From: Phoronis australis
Taxonomy: Eukaryota; Animalia; Phoronida
Length of the DNA stretch: 64,000 nucleotides
Direction: 5' to 3'
NCBI GenBank assembly: GCA_002633005.1
Contig: NMRA01000153.1
Coordinates: forward strand, 755,637 to 819,636
The notes under the pieces: generated by a model
The model's input: only the letters and a program-made list of their open reading frames with translations
The model's database searches: none
What the model was told of the DNA's origin: nothing
Translations under genes and position numbers: made by a program
Shown here: positions 52,706 through 64,000 of the stretch, in pieces
Position numbering within the stretch: position 1 is the first letter of the stretch
Layout of the letters: each line of letters begins with the position of its first letter

Positions 52706-52887
52706 TTTAAACCGGCTTGACATGTTTCGGCGTTTATAAAGTCACCATCCTCAGAAGCGTAAACAGTGGCCACCTTGCTGGGCCCAACAACAAGCAATGA
52801 CAAGTAACAACAATTGTGACAATCTGTGGTGTGCCAGTTGCCTAGTGGTGTTTTAATAAACGCTGAAACATGTCAAGCCGGTTTAAA
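52706..52887. repeat. Inverted repeat pair (~40-bp arms) carrying the hammerhead; probable Penelope-like pLTR remnant
   Basis: tttaaaccggcttgacatgtttcggcgtttat...cacca versus tggtg...ataaacgctgaaacatgtcaagccggtttaaa. Confidence 0.65.
52715..52758 (-). ncRNA. Minimal type I hammerhead ribozyme motif (Penelope-like-element type)
   Basis: Minus strand GCUU-CUGAGGA-U-GGUG(ACUUUAUAAA)CGCC-GAAAC-AU-GUC-AAGC: stem I GCUU/AAGC, CUGANGA and GAAA cores, stem II, palindromic ACAUGU stem III, GUC cleavage triplet. Confidence 0.7.
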
Positions 52888-53328
52888 CCCATCATCGTTT
52901 TTATCAACATATGTTGCTACTTACTACCATGGAGATAATTACTTGTTAAAATTTCATTGAATTAATAAAAGAGTATCATAATTTTATCAAATAGATTGTT
53001 CCATAACCCAGTTAATCCAAACTCAATATACCATTTCATAGGTTTCAATTCAATGCAATTCTGTACTTTAGGTGAATGATTCAATTAACTGGAGCCAGTT
53101 CTAGTCAGGAGCAGTATGAGCATTATTCAATGGAAGAACTCAGGACTGGTTCACATCACTTCTGGTTAGTTTAGCCAACTAAAACTCAATCAGGTAGATA
53201 TCACTTGAAAATGTGGCTGTGAACATAATTATACTAATTATACAAAAAATCAAAGTTAGGATGGGCCAAGTAAACAAACTTTGAGAAATGTTTTAGTATC
53301 TGTTCTAAAAAGTTTGATAATGTCATAC

Positions 53329-53436
53329 CTTGATTCTGCCATCTACGTCATGCAAATGTGCAGCAAGATGGCTGTTGACTATGATGAAGTTGACTCCATA
53401 GAGGTCAGCACGAATACTCAGGCCACCTTTATTGCC
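53329..53436 (-). CDS. INPP5K: INPP5K-like exon (GNKGG / NSHLAAH motifs)
   Basis: ttgtag acceptor, AAG|gtatga donor. GNKGGLSIRADLYGVNFIIVNSHLAAHLHDVDGRIK. Confidence 0.93.
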
Positions 53437-54303
53437 CTACAAGTTGAATAACAAAGTAACAAGAGCTATGTAGAGCAATGAAATGTGCCCAAAACTGCAA
53501 TACAAACGGTGTGCTCTTAATCGTGTTTTTAGTAAAAATAGCCATCAGATGGCGCAAAATACGTCAAACCCGTCCAAAATTGGGAAAGCATCGTCACCTC
53601 TCAATTACAAAACTATGGTGCAAAATGGGCTGAATCTGTTCATAAATGAAAAGGCATAGTTGTCACATTAATAAACCTATTTGCCAAATTTCATGAAAAT
53701 CCATCGATGAACTCAACAGATACAAGGTCAACGAAAAAAACTGCCACTAGGTGGCACACCTGTAGTTGAAATTGGTCACAAACTCTTCGTCATCTGCCAC
53801 ATTTCACAAATACCCTCCATAGAGTTAAGTAGATACAACCAGGTGGCACAGAATATGTCGAATCCACCCAAAAACAAAAAGGCGTAATCACCTCTTTAAT
53901 AGAAATATACTAGGCCAAGCAAAGTTTTATGAAAATTGATCGATTAACTCCAAAGATATAGAGACAAATATAAAAAATAAAACTACCAATAAGGGGCACA
54001 CCTGTACCCATATTGGTCTCAAACTCGGCGTCATCAGTTATCATCTCTATAGGGGGTGCTATCATATTTTCTTTTCTCCATCTCTAAAGAGCACCAGGCT
54101 ATGTTTATAAGGAGTTTATTTCTGGTACTAGGACCTGTTTCATTAAAGTTGCAACTTGATGAGCCTTTTAGCATGCACCATTCAAGTGCCACTACATTAT
54201 CGGTTTTGAATCTCCTAAAAACACTGGCAGGTGTAAATCCAACTTAACACCAAAAATGTTTTTGAGTCGTGAAGAAGACACGATTTCTAAAATTACAGAC
54301 AAA

Positions 54304-54575
54304 GGAGGCAGTGTGGTCAGTGAGATATGTGTCCGCTTCCTTTACTCAAAGTTGTGGGTGCGAGTCCCACTTGGGCACACTGCTAGACCCTTGGGTCAGG
54401 CCTCTAGCTCCTCCACTCAGTTTTTGTGAAAATTATAGCGAGAGATGAATAAAACAACACAACCATAATGAAGTCAACAAGTACCACGCGACTATTCCGG
54501 GAAGACAAATAAAAGAACATGACTGAGGTCAAAGGTTAATCCACAGTTAAGCATAAAAATGGTTCCAGATGATGC
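54304..54575 (+). mobile_element. tRNA-derived SINE (same family as 18890-19049)
   Basis: gaggcagtgtggtcagtgagata...cttcctttactcaa..gtgggtgcgagtcccac..gggcacactgctagacccttg; shared tail cataaaaatggttccag. Confidence 0.6.
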
Positions 54576-54696
54576 TTCTAATGCCATTGCATGTGGTAGC
54601 ATCAAAGGATTGACTAGTCTTCATGTATGCACTCTACACTTAACAGCAGGATCATTCTGATTAACCATGGTTCCCATGGAAACTATAGGCACTTAC

Positions 54697-54813
54697 CCAG
54701 TAACCTGTTAATCCGGTTTTTGTGTACTCTGACTCTATATTTCTCACATATGGTAAGTGGCACCTCTTTACATAAGCAAGTAACAGCAAGCCTTGCATGA
54801 AAACATGCTTGAA
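54697..54813 (-). CDS. INPP5K: INPP5K-like exon
   Basis: ttttgcag acceptor, TGG|gtaagt donor. FKHVFMQGLLLLAYVKRCHLPYVRNIESEYTKTGLTGYW (cf. INPP5K RMQGILLLVFAK...HLPY...TGLFGYW). Confidence 0.92.
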
Positions 54814-54984
54814 CTGCAAAAAAGGCAAATCTGTACAATCAGCCATTGAATAATTCAACACTTAAAATCGTAAGTGAATTATACTTCAATCTTCAACTAT
54901 CGCAAATTATAATGTTAAAAGAAGGCTGATTTTAAATGCAAACGTGTATCTGTCGCAGGGTGACCACACAGTAGGAATAAGATC

Positions 54985-55240
54985 TTACATTTTGTAAAAA
55001 ACACTTTTTTTGAAAATTTTGTCCATCCACTTTAAAAGTGCAATGCACCTGTAGTTGCTGATCGGTGACTTGGAATCTTTTTGCAGATAGGTATCATGAT
55101 GCCTTCTAAGTTCTTTACAATATGAAAGCAAACATCCCACGGAAAATATCTTGTTCAATAGTTTACCAACAATATGACTTAGAGTGACAATTTTGAGCAC
55201 TTCACTGTTATACCATCAGATCCTTCACCTGGGGCTGGTT
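54985..55240 (-). mobile_element. LINE (non-LTR) reverse transcriptase remnant
   Basis: GSDGI..KVLK...LLNKIFSVG...QKDSKSPISNYRCIALLKWMDKIF resembles the GPDGI...NYRPISLL..KIFE region of LINE ORF2. Confidence 0.6.
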
Positions 55241-55695
55241 CACTTGTAGATTCTAGGTGAGTTTTTTTATTTCTAGGGGTTGTGGTGATCTGTAAAATGA
55301 TACAGCTGAACAATCTGTGGAGAGCTGGATAACAACTGGTAGGGTGTTGGGTAGTGTGGCCTTTCTTGATTAATTTCTAGTAATCTGATGAGACTTTGAT
55401 GACTTGTTGATTATGTTTGCCAGAGTTCAACTGTGGCACTTTTCAATAACAACTAACTGCATTTCATAATTTTTTTTTGATTTCTGGAATATGAAAAACA
55501 TCATTGGGTGTCCCAGTATTTTATACTTTACATTCTCTATTGAGACACTAGTGTATATATGTGACTTCATCGGCTTTATGTTCAGTCCAATGAGCAGGGT
55601 GCCCCAGTGCACTACGTTCCCTTCTAGCCCATGAAACTGTAAGATAGTCCAGACTGTCTCCACCACTGGTTGACAGTCCACCACACTTGGATTAC

Positions 55696-55801
55696 CTGAC
55701 AATATCCGCGTGGTGCTAAGAACTTCCCTAGCTCCACAGTCCAGTTGTCCGAGTACAGATTAGCCGCCGCAGCACTGGCAAGACTGTGCACCTCCTGCAG
55801 G
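55696..55801 (-). CDS. INPP5K: INPP5K-like exon (GLQE motif)
   Basis: ttgtag acceptor, CAG|gtaatc donor. (G)LQEVHSLASAAAANLYSDNWTVELGKFLAPRGYCQ. Confidence 0.88.
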
Positions 55802-56094
55802 CTACAAGCAACATTACTTAAAAAGGCTGTTGATACAGTCAAACTTTGTTACAACAAATCTCCCTAGACCTATCCAAGAAATTTGTTGTAACTGTGGTGA
55901 GCTGTAACCAAATCAACTTTTTAGATAAAACAAAAACGATGGAATACCAGTAGAGTTGGATTTCATTGGTAGAACTTCAAGAGCAACACCTGTGCAGGTA
56001 CAGTAAATTGTTAAACTTGCACAAGGAATGACAGGCACACCTTATTTGAAGGCACGAGGCTAGGCTTGCGCTAGCTGCTCCCCAACTCTCCATC

Positions 56095-56528
56095 CAGGCC
56101 TTTATCCAGGATTTCGAAAATAGGGTGTCCAAAATGGGGTTTCCAATATTCCAGGGCGTCCATGATTCCGACGCGTAACCCCACCCCCCAGCAATCCCCC
56201 CAAACACACAGATTTTTACACCTAAGTTAAATTACAAAACAGCCTTCTGTAGTGAGCATTTTTACTGAAAAAAATGTGGACCAACACTTTTACAATGCTA
56301 TCAAGCAAGTGTGAGCATAGCAACATTGTATATACTTTGAATATAGTATTACTGTATATTTCTTCCTGCTTTGAAAAAAGAGCCCCTACTATGAGCCTTC
56401 AGAGGCTTCCTAGTATTCATTATAATGTCCAAACTTGAAAGGTTCCTATTGACAATGGGCGTCCAAATGATACATTGGACGTCCTTGCCAGGACGTCCAG
56501 ATTAGTGCGTACGCTGCACAAAGGCCTG
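56095..56528. mobile_element. hAT-like MITE
   Basis: TIR CAGGCCTTT / AAAGGCCTG; degenerate 8-bp TSD tctccatc / tcaccatt. Confidence 0.5.
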
Positions 56529-57038
56529 TCACCATTGGCGAATTGCGAGTGGCACTGGCGATGGTAGAGTTAAGTCCATTCGCCAACTTGGCGAGTGCTT
56601 TCGCAATTTGACACTAAAAATTATTTCGCGGAAACCAGCGCTCTTGGTAATGGTGATTTCGAGCTTCATAGCGAGATCTTGTGTAGGTGCTGCCACTTGT
56701 TGTCTGCAAATGACAATGCTAAAACAACAAATAGAAACTACACTACTTTGGCAGCAAACGTGTCCCAGTCTCTCGATAACTTTTCACACTCGCCACATTT
56801 AGGCAGCTGACAAGGTATGACATGTGACACATTTTGATTTAAAAACAGATCACAAACTTGGCCTTTGCAGAGTCATCTGCAGCTTTAACTCCCTGAAAGG
56901 AAAACCTGTCAGAGTCAAGTCCCAAACAACTCACATGCATTATTGACATGACAAATGATGCACTGAAAAATTGCTATATGTTATTAAGGAAGATGAAGAG
57001 ATTCGTGCAATATTAGGACACTAGGTATTAAAACTTGA

Positions 57039-57745
57039 CACTATTTACCCCTACTCCAATGACGTCAGGCCATGCCTCTCTATTAATACCTACCACAATG
57101 ACGAGAGGCAACGCCTCACTATTAAGTATCAAAAGTTGACACTATTAACCCCACTCTAATGACGACAAGCCATGCCTCTCTATTAGGTATCAAAAATTGA
57201 CACTATTTAGTAAAATACCTACCACAATACAATGACGGCAGGCCACGCCTCACTATTTGACACTATTTACCCCACTCCAATAAGGACAGGCCATGCCTCT
57301 CTATTAGTATAAAAGATTAACTAAGTGTATATTGCTGAAGAATAAAATTATTATAAAAAAGACCACGAGCCACACTTTTCCATTAGGCATCAAAAATTCA
57401 TACTATTTACCCCACTCCGATGACCACAAGCCACACCTCTCTATTAGGTATCACAAATTCACACTATTTACCCCACTCCAATGACCACAACCCACACCTC
57501 TCTATTAGGCATCACAAATTCACACTATTTACACCACTCCGATGACCACAAGCCACACTTTTCCATTAGGTATCACAAATTCACACTATTTACCCCACTC
57601 CAATGACGACAAGCCATACTTTTCCATTAGGTATCACAAATTCACACTATTTACCCCACTCCAATGACCACAAGCCACACTTTTCCATTAGGTATCACAA
57701 ATTCACACTATTTACCCCACTCCTATGACATCAGGCCACTCCTCT
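57039..57745. repeat. Minisatellite, 61-bp unit, derived from an exon/intron junction
   Basis: cactatttaccccactccaatgaccacaagccacac... repeats at 57462, 57523, 57584, 57645, 57706, with more diverged copies down to 57039; the last unit overlaps the exon end. Confidence 0.88.
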
Positions 57746-57823
57746 CCATTTAAACCTAAAAGTTGTTGGAAGTATTCATCTGAAGGGTCCTCTTGAGCAA
57801 CATTCCAGCTACACAGGAATATC
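57716..57823 (-). CDS. INPP5K: INPP5K/INPP5J-like 5-phosphatase exon (first exon found; catalytic domain start)
   Basis: ccttgcag acceptor, GG|gtaaat donor. RIFLCSWNVAQEDP...WPDVIGVG contains the (T/S)WNV motif; phase 2 to 2. Confidence 0.88.
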
Positions 57824-59362
57824 CTGCAAGGAATAACGCGTTAAAAGTAGAATGGTGATTAGAAGCAAGTATGTCAATTTCAACACCTAATAATTCGAGA
57901 CAAAATGAATATGGGAACATGTACACACAATCATAGTCCACCATCTTAACGAGCCTATATAGGATGGTAACCATCTCTGCCTGATTCCAGTTCAGACAGT
58001 GTGCAATTAGCTGCTTAGCTTACTTAGTTAATCCTAAATCAGTTGAGCCTTGACATTACAGGGTTGGCACTGGTTGGATCATGGCAGTTTATTTTAATCT
58101 GTTAGACCATACCTCAGTGCTCAATTTGGCAACCTGCCAATAATGTGACTTCAGATTATGTTTGGGAAAGTCCCAAATCACCAAGAAGTCGCCACACCGA
58201 GTATCAAAGTCAGGCAGTAATTCCTCAAAAATATGTTTCAATTTTTGTTGTGACTTCCACAATGGTTAACAGTTTTTCAAGTTTTAATACCTTTGGTTCA
58301 CAATCGATCTGTTAATTTTGTCAAATCGGTGTATTATTTTGCAGTCAGCACACATCAGACACGTCCTTAAATTACAACAGACAGTAAACTGACTGAAGTC
58401 GGAATTGTTCGGCAAAAATCAGGCACAATCGGACCATGAAACACATGTCACCAGTGTATGCGAACGTGTGCATTTTTGTCCTTAGGAATTGATTTAGAGA
58501 TTGAAGTGTGTATATCATTAACAGGGAAAAATTGAGGAGACTACATGTAATTTTCAAAGAGTCATCTCAGATTTCGTTAATTGCCGACCTGGGATTTTTG
58601 CCAAGTCGCATTTATTTTGTCGACTCAGTGTAAAGCTAGGTGCCGTGCACTGATTACGTAGTAAAGAAGTAGTGCATAAGCCTATACATAGCCACATAGA
58701 CACACCAGACATCCAGCAAGGTTTGCTATCTCACTACTGCATGACGCGCATATCAATCGCTGTGATTGGTTGCTGCTTGACCTTCGACTGGGGTCATTCA
58801 TTATGTAATCTCATTTGAGGGTCAAGCAGCAGGTTATCCCGTGCATCATGTAGTGGCAAGATTTGCAATGTCACTAGCAGATAACCATACACCTCACATA
58901 ATGACAATATTGCGAACCTCGGTTATTGTTTACAATCCGACTCCATTAACTTACATACTTGATATTACTGAATCCCCTCGTCATGGCGATTCCAAAAATG
59001 TATTACTCGTACCAAGTTGTCTCTTTTTATTCATGCATTCAGTGTTTTTCCGGGATGTTCATTCGTTAGTAAGCCGATCTCCAGTGACAGCCACCTCTTG
59101 GTTTTAATGACAACTACAATGATCACGTGTGTGTCAGAATAGAAAACGGTAAAAGTCACTTAAAGGGATGCCTCTCAAAACTTCTCCTTTGGAAAAAAAA
59201 GATAGTGCTGGTTTGATTACCGGGTCGAATAATCTCAGCTCAGTATTATTTCAGGTGGATTTTAGAGGTAAGTTGTAACAGGCCGAAATAAGCTCCATGT
59301 CAACATGTCATGTTTAGGCTCGCGCTAGCTGCTCACTAGTGTTCCGTAGTTGTATGGCTTCT

Positions 59363-59419
59363 TGTTTAGTATTTTGTGTTTTTGAATAAACCTGCCAGAT
59401 GGCGCTCAACAACAAAACA
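59363..59419 (+). repeat. 5' LTR (57 bp shared with 3' LTR)
   Basis: tgtttagtattttgtgtttttgaataaacc...caacaacaaaaca; TG..CA ends, AATAAA inside, followed directly by the PBS. Confidence 0.85.
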
Positions 59420-59437
59420 TGGTGGCAACGATGGGAT
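59420..59437 (+). other. Primer binding site, tRNA-Leu-like
   Basis: TGGTGGCAACGATGGGAT, two mismatches from the complement of the tRNA-Leu 3' end TGGTGGCAGCGGTGGGAT. Confidence 0.75.
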
Positions 59438-59506
59438 AAAATTTGCAGCAAAAATCTGCAAATTGTATGTGTCAAACTGATAAACGGTGGGTGAATACAA
59501 GTCACA

Positions 59507-60290
59507 ATGGCAAAAATTAGTCTCCCAGACGCTTTCCCCTTTGACAAACCCTCGCTGCGGCCTGAGTGGAGTAAACGTTTCATGCGATATCAACTCGCAT
59601 CCAAACTGAACAAAGACGACAGGGAAGTCCAAGTAGTCACGATTATTTACAGCATGGGCAACAATGCTGAAAATGTCTTTGAAACGTTTGGCGTGAATGA
59701 ACCCGATGCTAAGAAATTTGACATTGTCATAGAAAAATTTGATGCCCACTTCATCCCAAAAAGAAACATTATACACGAACGAGCCACATTCAACCAGACA
59801 GTCCAACATGCCGATGAAAATGTTGAGTCATTTTTATGAGCGTTGTATGAACACTTACAGGCCGACCACTGCGACTTAAAAGACAGGGATGAGATGATAC
59901 GCAACCGGCTTGTCATAGGTATACGCGATCGAGATGTGTCAAAAGAGTTACAACTGAAATTAGGGCGTACACTCGAACAAGCTATCTTGTCCGCCAGACA
60001 GGCCGAGCAGGTCAATTCCTAGATGCAGCAGTTGTCACTCGCAACTGGCCCAGATAAGGCCATAGGTGCCATCAGAGGTCGTAGACAAGGTCAGCATCAT
60101 GTTCCCCGTGGTTGAGGCAAAAGTACGCCTAAGCGTGACAGCGGCACGCCTAAATGCGACAACGGCACGCAACAAAATTGTGGTCAATGCGGTTACAGTA
60201 AACACAAACCGGGTGAAACATGCCCTGCGACTGATCAGCTATGCAACAGATGTCATCGAAAAGGACATTTTAAATCGCAGTGCAGGTCAA
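59507..60290 (+). pseudogene. gag (disrupted)
   Basis: MAKISLPDAFPFDKP..EWSKRFMRY..LASKL; FIPKRNIIHERATFNQ; in-frame stop at 59837; zinc knuckle CNRCHRKGHFKSQC. Confidence 0.85.
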
Positions 60291-60429
60291 AGACAATTAA
60301 AGAGATATTCATTGGAAACAGTGAAGAAAGTGAGTCAAAAGCGTACTTCCTTGGTAATTGTACAGTTGTTGATGACAACAAAGACACGTCTGACAATTGG
60401 ACAGTGAATCTGATAATCCACAACAGTTA

Positions 60430-63340
60430 GTACAGTTCAAGATCGATACCGGAGCCAATATTTCGATCATGCCAGTCTACCAGACACTCAAACCCTGACC
60501 CGCTTTAGGGCAGACAAAAACTGCCTTGTTCACTCCTAGCAGTAGACTTAAGACGTCAGGTTCTTTTCTCGAGTCAGTAAAACATGATGAGAGCAAATAC
60601 AAGTTCCGCGTCTTTGTTGTATCCGGAACAAAGAGTTGTCTGTTGAGCCAAAATATTTCCACGAAACTTAGACTTGTTTGACGCGTGGGTGAAATTAACG
60701 TGTCTGTTTTTGCTACAACAGGACTACTGAAGTATGACCCGATCAAGATACATTTGAAAGAAAACGCAGAACCGTACAGTTTGAACGCAGTGAGGCGAAT
60801 CCACTGATGCCGAAAGTTAAGGCTGAAATCGAGCGAATGGTTGCAGGTCACATAATCAACCGGTAACTCAGCCTACTTCATGGTGTGCGCCGATCGTTCC
60901 TGTTGCTAAGAAGGATGGAAGTGTCCGTATATGTGCAGATTTAAAGAAACTGAACCTCGCCATGCAACGTGAACGTTATGTTCTACCTACCTTGGATGAT
61001 GTAATTCACAAGGTTTCGGGTGCCAATGTATTTACTACACTAGATGCTTCTAGTGGGTATTGGGCTATTCCACTGCATGAGGAGAGTCGTCTTCTCACTA
61101 CGTTTATCACACAGATTGGGCGTTTTTCTTTAAACGTTTACCGTTTGGAATTAGCTGTGCTAGCGAGATATTCCAGAGAATTATGAACGAGTTACTTGAG
61201 GGTACTTAAACAATCGTTTGGCAAGACGACATTTTGATATATGGCAAAACTGTGAGTGAGCACGACGCAATGCTAGAAACCGTTATGAAGCGAAGTGAAG
61301 AGTCTGGATTGAAACTAAACCAAGCCAAGTGTTTGTTTCGTCAGAGTCAGTTGAGATACGTCGGGCATAAATTCGATGCTTCAGGAATGAGTCCCGATGA
61401 GACAAAAGTACGTGCGATCATGAATCTTGAGCCGCCTACAAACGTGACGGAACTTCGCAGAGTTCTAGGCATGGTGAAGTATCTTGGAAGATATTTGCCA
61501 AATCTCGCAATTGTAATGGCATCTATGAACGAACTGCTTTGTAAAGACATTGAGTTCCGTTGGGGAGTTGCCCAAGAAAAATCGTTCAAAGAAGTTAAAG
61601 AACTCATTTGCAATAGCCTTATCCACTGTTGTGACTTGTGACACTAGTAGCTATGGCATCGGCGGTGTTATCATGCAACAGCGTGGAGACGAGTTACGCC
61701 CTATTGTTTTCTGTTCGAGAACATTAACGCCAGCTGAAAGAAACTATGCCCAAATCGAAAAAGAGTGTTTGGTAGCCACATGGGTTTGCGAAAAATTCCG
61801 TCGATATTTACAGGGACTGGAGTCATTCCGTCTAGTGACCGACCATAAACCGCTTGTCCCTCTGCTGAATACACGTGACACTGATTGTGCACCGCTACGT
61901 TGTCAGAGGCTTATTATAAGACTGATGCCTTTCAATTTGCGAGCAGAGCACGTTCCTGGCAAACTCATGGTTGTGGCAGCATGCTTTATCCAAAGCACCC
62001 ATGAAAGAAACTGAGTCACCTACTGAACACGAGGTGGCATTCCATGTCAATGCTGTAATCGAAGCCAAGCCTATGTCTGACAGGAAACTAGTTGAGATCC
62101 AAGAAGCGACCGAGCAAGATGACGAGCTCCAGCAAGCCATTGAATTGACCATGAATGGTTGACCAGCCCATATGGAGCAAGTTCCGTCATCCGCGCAAGA
62201 GTTCTACAATGTGAGACACAGCCTTTCAGTAGCCAACGGTGTACTACTGATGGGTTCCCGTATTGTAATACCACAAACAATGCGCAAAAATATTCTAAGT
62301 CGCATTCATGATGGACACATGGGAATTTACAAATGTCGTGAAAGAGCAAACATGTCCGTGTTTTGGCCCGGCATTACGACAACATACAGAGACTTATTCG
62401 GGAGTGTGACTTTTGTCAAGTATACCGACCAACACAGATACACGAGCCACTAATCGTTACGCCACAACCTAATAGACCATGGCAAAAACTGGCCGTTGAC
62501 TTATGTGAGGTAAACAAAGTGAAATATCTTGTCATTATGGACTATTATTCCAAGTGGTTGGAGGTAATTCGTATGACCGACACAATAGCATCTCGAGTAA
62601 TTGCAGAAGAAAAAGCAGTGTTCGCGCGCTTTGGAATACCAGAGGAAATCGTATCGGACAATGGTCCACCGTTTGATTCTGAACCAATGAGGCGTTTTGC
62701 TGCAGAGTATGGTATTATTCTTACCACAGTTAGTCCCTCCTCAAAAACCACAGGCTAATGGTCAAGCAGAAAATGGTGTTGCAATTGTTGAGAAAATATT
62801 GCCACAGAACGATCCCGCGATGGCTTTGTTAAGCTATAGGTCCACAGCAGTTTCAGCGATTGGTTTTAGTCCGTCCAAGTTATTAATGGGTCGCGAACTC
62901 TGAACTGACATCCCGACCATGCCCAATCAACTTCAGCCCCAGTGGCCAGACAAGGAAACCATCTCGAAATGAGTTAAATCTACAAAGCAAGACTATAAAC
63001 GTCACTTCAACCAACGTCATGGTGTTTCATGGTGTTAAACACAACGGCGAAAAACAATGGTCTCAGACTGCGACTGTCGTACACACACACAGTACGGCGA
63101 GATCGTATATTGTACATAAAGAATACCAAAGGAACAGACCTCATCTTTAGAGCATACCGATACAACCATCACGTACGCCTGAGAAAACGCATTCGTCAAA
63201 TTCAAAAGTATCTCCAGTAGAATCGTCAGTCAGCCAGCAGATAGCTACGAATATGTCATCTGATGTATCGTCTACAGTGGGATCTTCGAATCGCTCAACT
63301 GTCACGACACGATCAGGACGACAGGTCAAGCTGACTGTTT
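60430..63340 (+). pseudogene. pol (protease, RT, RNase H, integrase; frameshifted)
   Basis: FKIDTGA; CADLKKLN; LDASSGYWAIPL; WQDDILIYG; [11 protein letters not shown]; [10 protein letters not shown]; TDHKPL; HDGHMG; DYYSKW; SDNGPPF; QANGQAE, spread over several frames. Confidence 0.92.
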
Positions 63341-63680
63341 GATTCAAAGATTATGTTTAGATTTAGGTACTAGTAGTTTATGTGCGAGGCAGTGTTGGGT
63401 TAAGAATGATACCTGCCTTGACACGACATTCCTGGGTAGTCCACCCCGGGTTTATTATTAGGCTTAGTTTTATAGAGTAATTGTTTAGTCGGTATTTTAT
63501 AGTTACTTGTTTTATATAGATACATTTCCATATGACTTGTTTGCTTGCGGAGTAACGTATCGGTATTGGACTGGATATTTGGACAGTGACAGTTTATGCC
63601 ATAGTGATATGACATTGAGTACATGAGTACTTAGTTGAGACACTTGGACAATGGTTGCTTGTTTAACGTTGTTAAATCTT

Positions 63681-63747
63681 GGAGGGGAGATGTTTAGTAT
63701 TTTGTGTTTTTCAATAAACCTGCAAGACAGCGCTCAACAACAAAACA
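63681..63747 (+). repeat. Polypurine tract (63681-63690) and 3' LTR (63691-63747)
   Basis: ggaggggaga followed by a 57-bp copy of the 5' LTR with 4 substitutions. Confidence 0.85.
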
Positions 63748-63749
63748 GC

Positions 63750-63955
63750 TACAGCACACATCACGAATTTTTGGCCGACCGGTCGGAAATTGGGCGACGA
63801 CCGGCCGTCGACCGGTCGTCTAGCCGACCACCAGCCGACCAACAACGGTCGGCTAGGAGCCGTCTGCTTAGTTGCCTCTGTGGTCGGCACTTGGGTCGGC
63901 TAATTGGTCACCTAGCGTAGACGGCCAATTCGGATTAAGCGTGTCCTTGGTCGGC
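63750..63955 (+). repeat. Dispersed repeat abutting the 3' LTR, homologous to 10782-10975
   Basis: CCGAC/GTCGG-rich, less decayed copy of the 10782 repeat. Confidence 0.6.
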
Positions 63956-64000
63956 AATTAGCATTTTATGACTTAGCGGGTGAACTTTGGACAAACAAAC

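Larger units (their letters stand above)
59363..63747 (+). mobile_element. Degenerate Ty3/Gypsy LTR retrotransposon (Mag-like gag-pol); 5' LTR may start at 59311
   Basis: TG...CA direct repeats at both ends, PBS, PPT, and gag, zinc knuckle, protease, RT, RNase H, integrase in Gypsy order, with stops and frameshifts. Confidence 0.93.

Noticed and set aside
58081-58160. Candidate first exon of the phosphatase (GAG|gtatgg donor on the minus strand)
   Set aside because: In-frame TGA just upstream in the required phase; exon 1 was not identified.

Overview
Eukaryotic (metazoan, probably invertebrate) repeat-rich genomic DNA with three N-gaps and one single N. Two spliced genes converge tail-to-tail. 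(1) On the + strand, an RNF31/HOIP (LUBAC E3 ligase) orthologue has 10 phase-consistent coding exons from 8984 to 31467 (~1197 codons): PUB, B-box, C4 zinc finger, NZF, UBA region and only the first CxxC of RING1. (2) On the - strand, an INPP5K/INPP5J-type inositol polyphosphate 5-phosphatase has 9 exon positions from 57823 down to 32477, covering the catalytic domain and the first half of SKICH. I could not find the 3' end of either gene; both stop within ~1 kb of each other near 32 kb. A decayed Ty3/Gypsy LTR retrotransposon with very short LTRs occupies ~59.3-63.75 kb. Introns hold many non-autonomous elements (Kolobok-like with THAP, piggyBac-like, hAT-like, DINE-1/HINE-like, tRNA-derived SINEs, a LINE remnant) and many minisatellites. 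Notable items are an intact-looking minimal hammerhead ribozyme in sense orientation in a phosphatase intron, a tandemly duplicated 68-nt exon, and a minisatellite built from an amplified 5' splice site. All calls were made by eye; no database searches were run.
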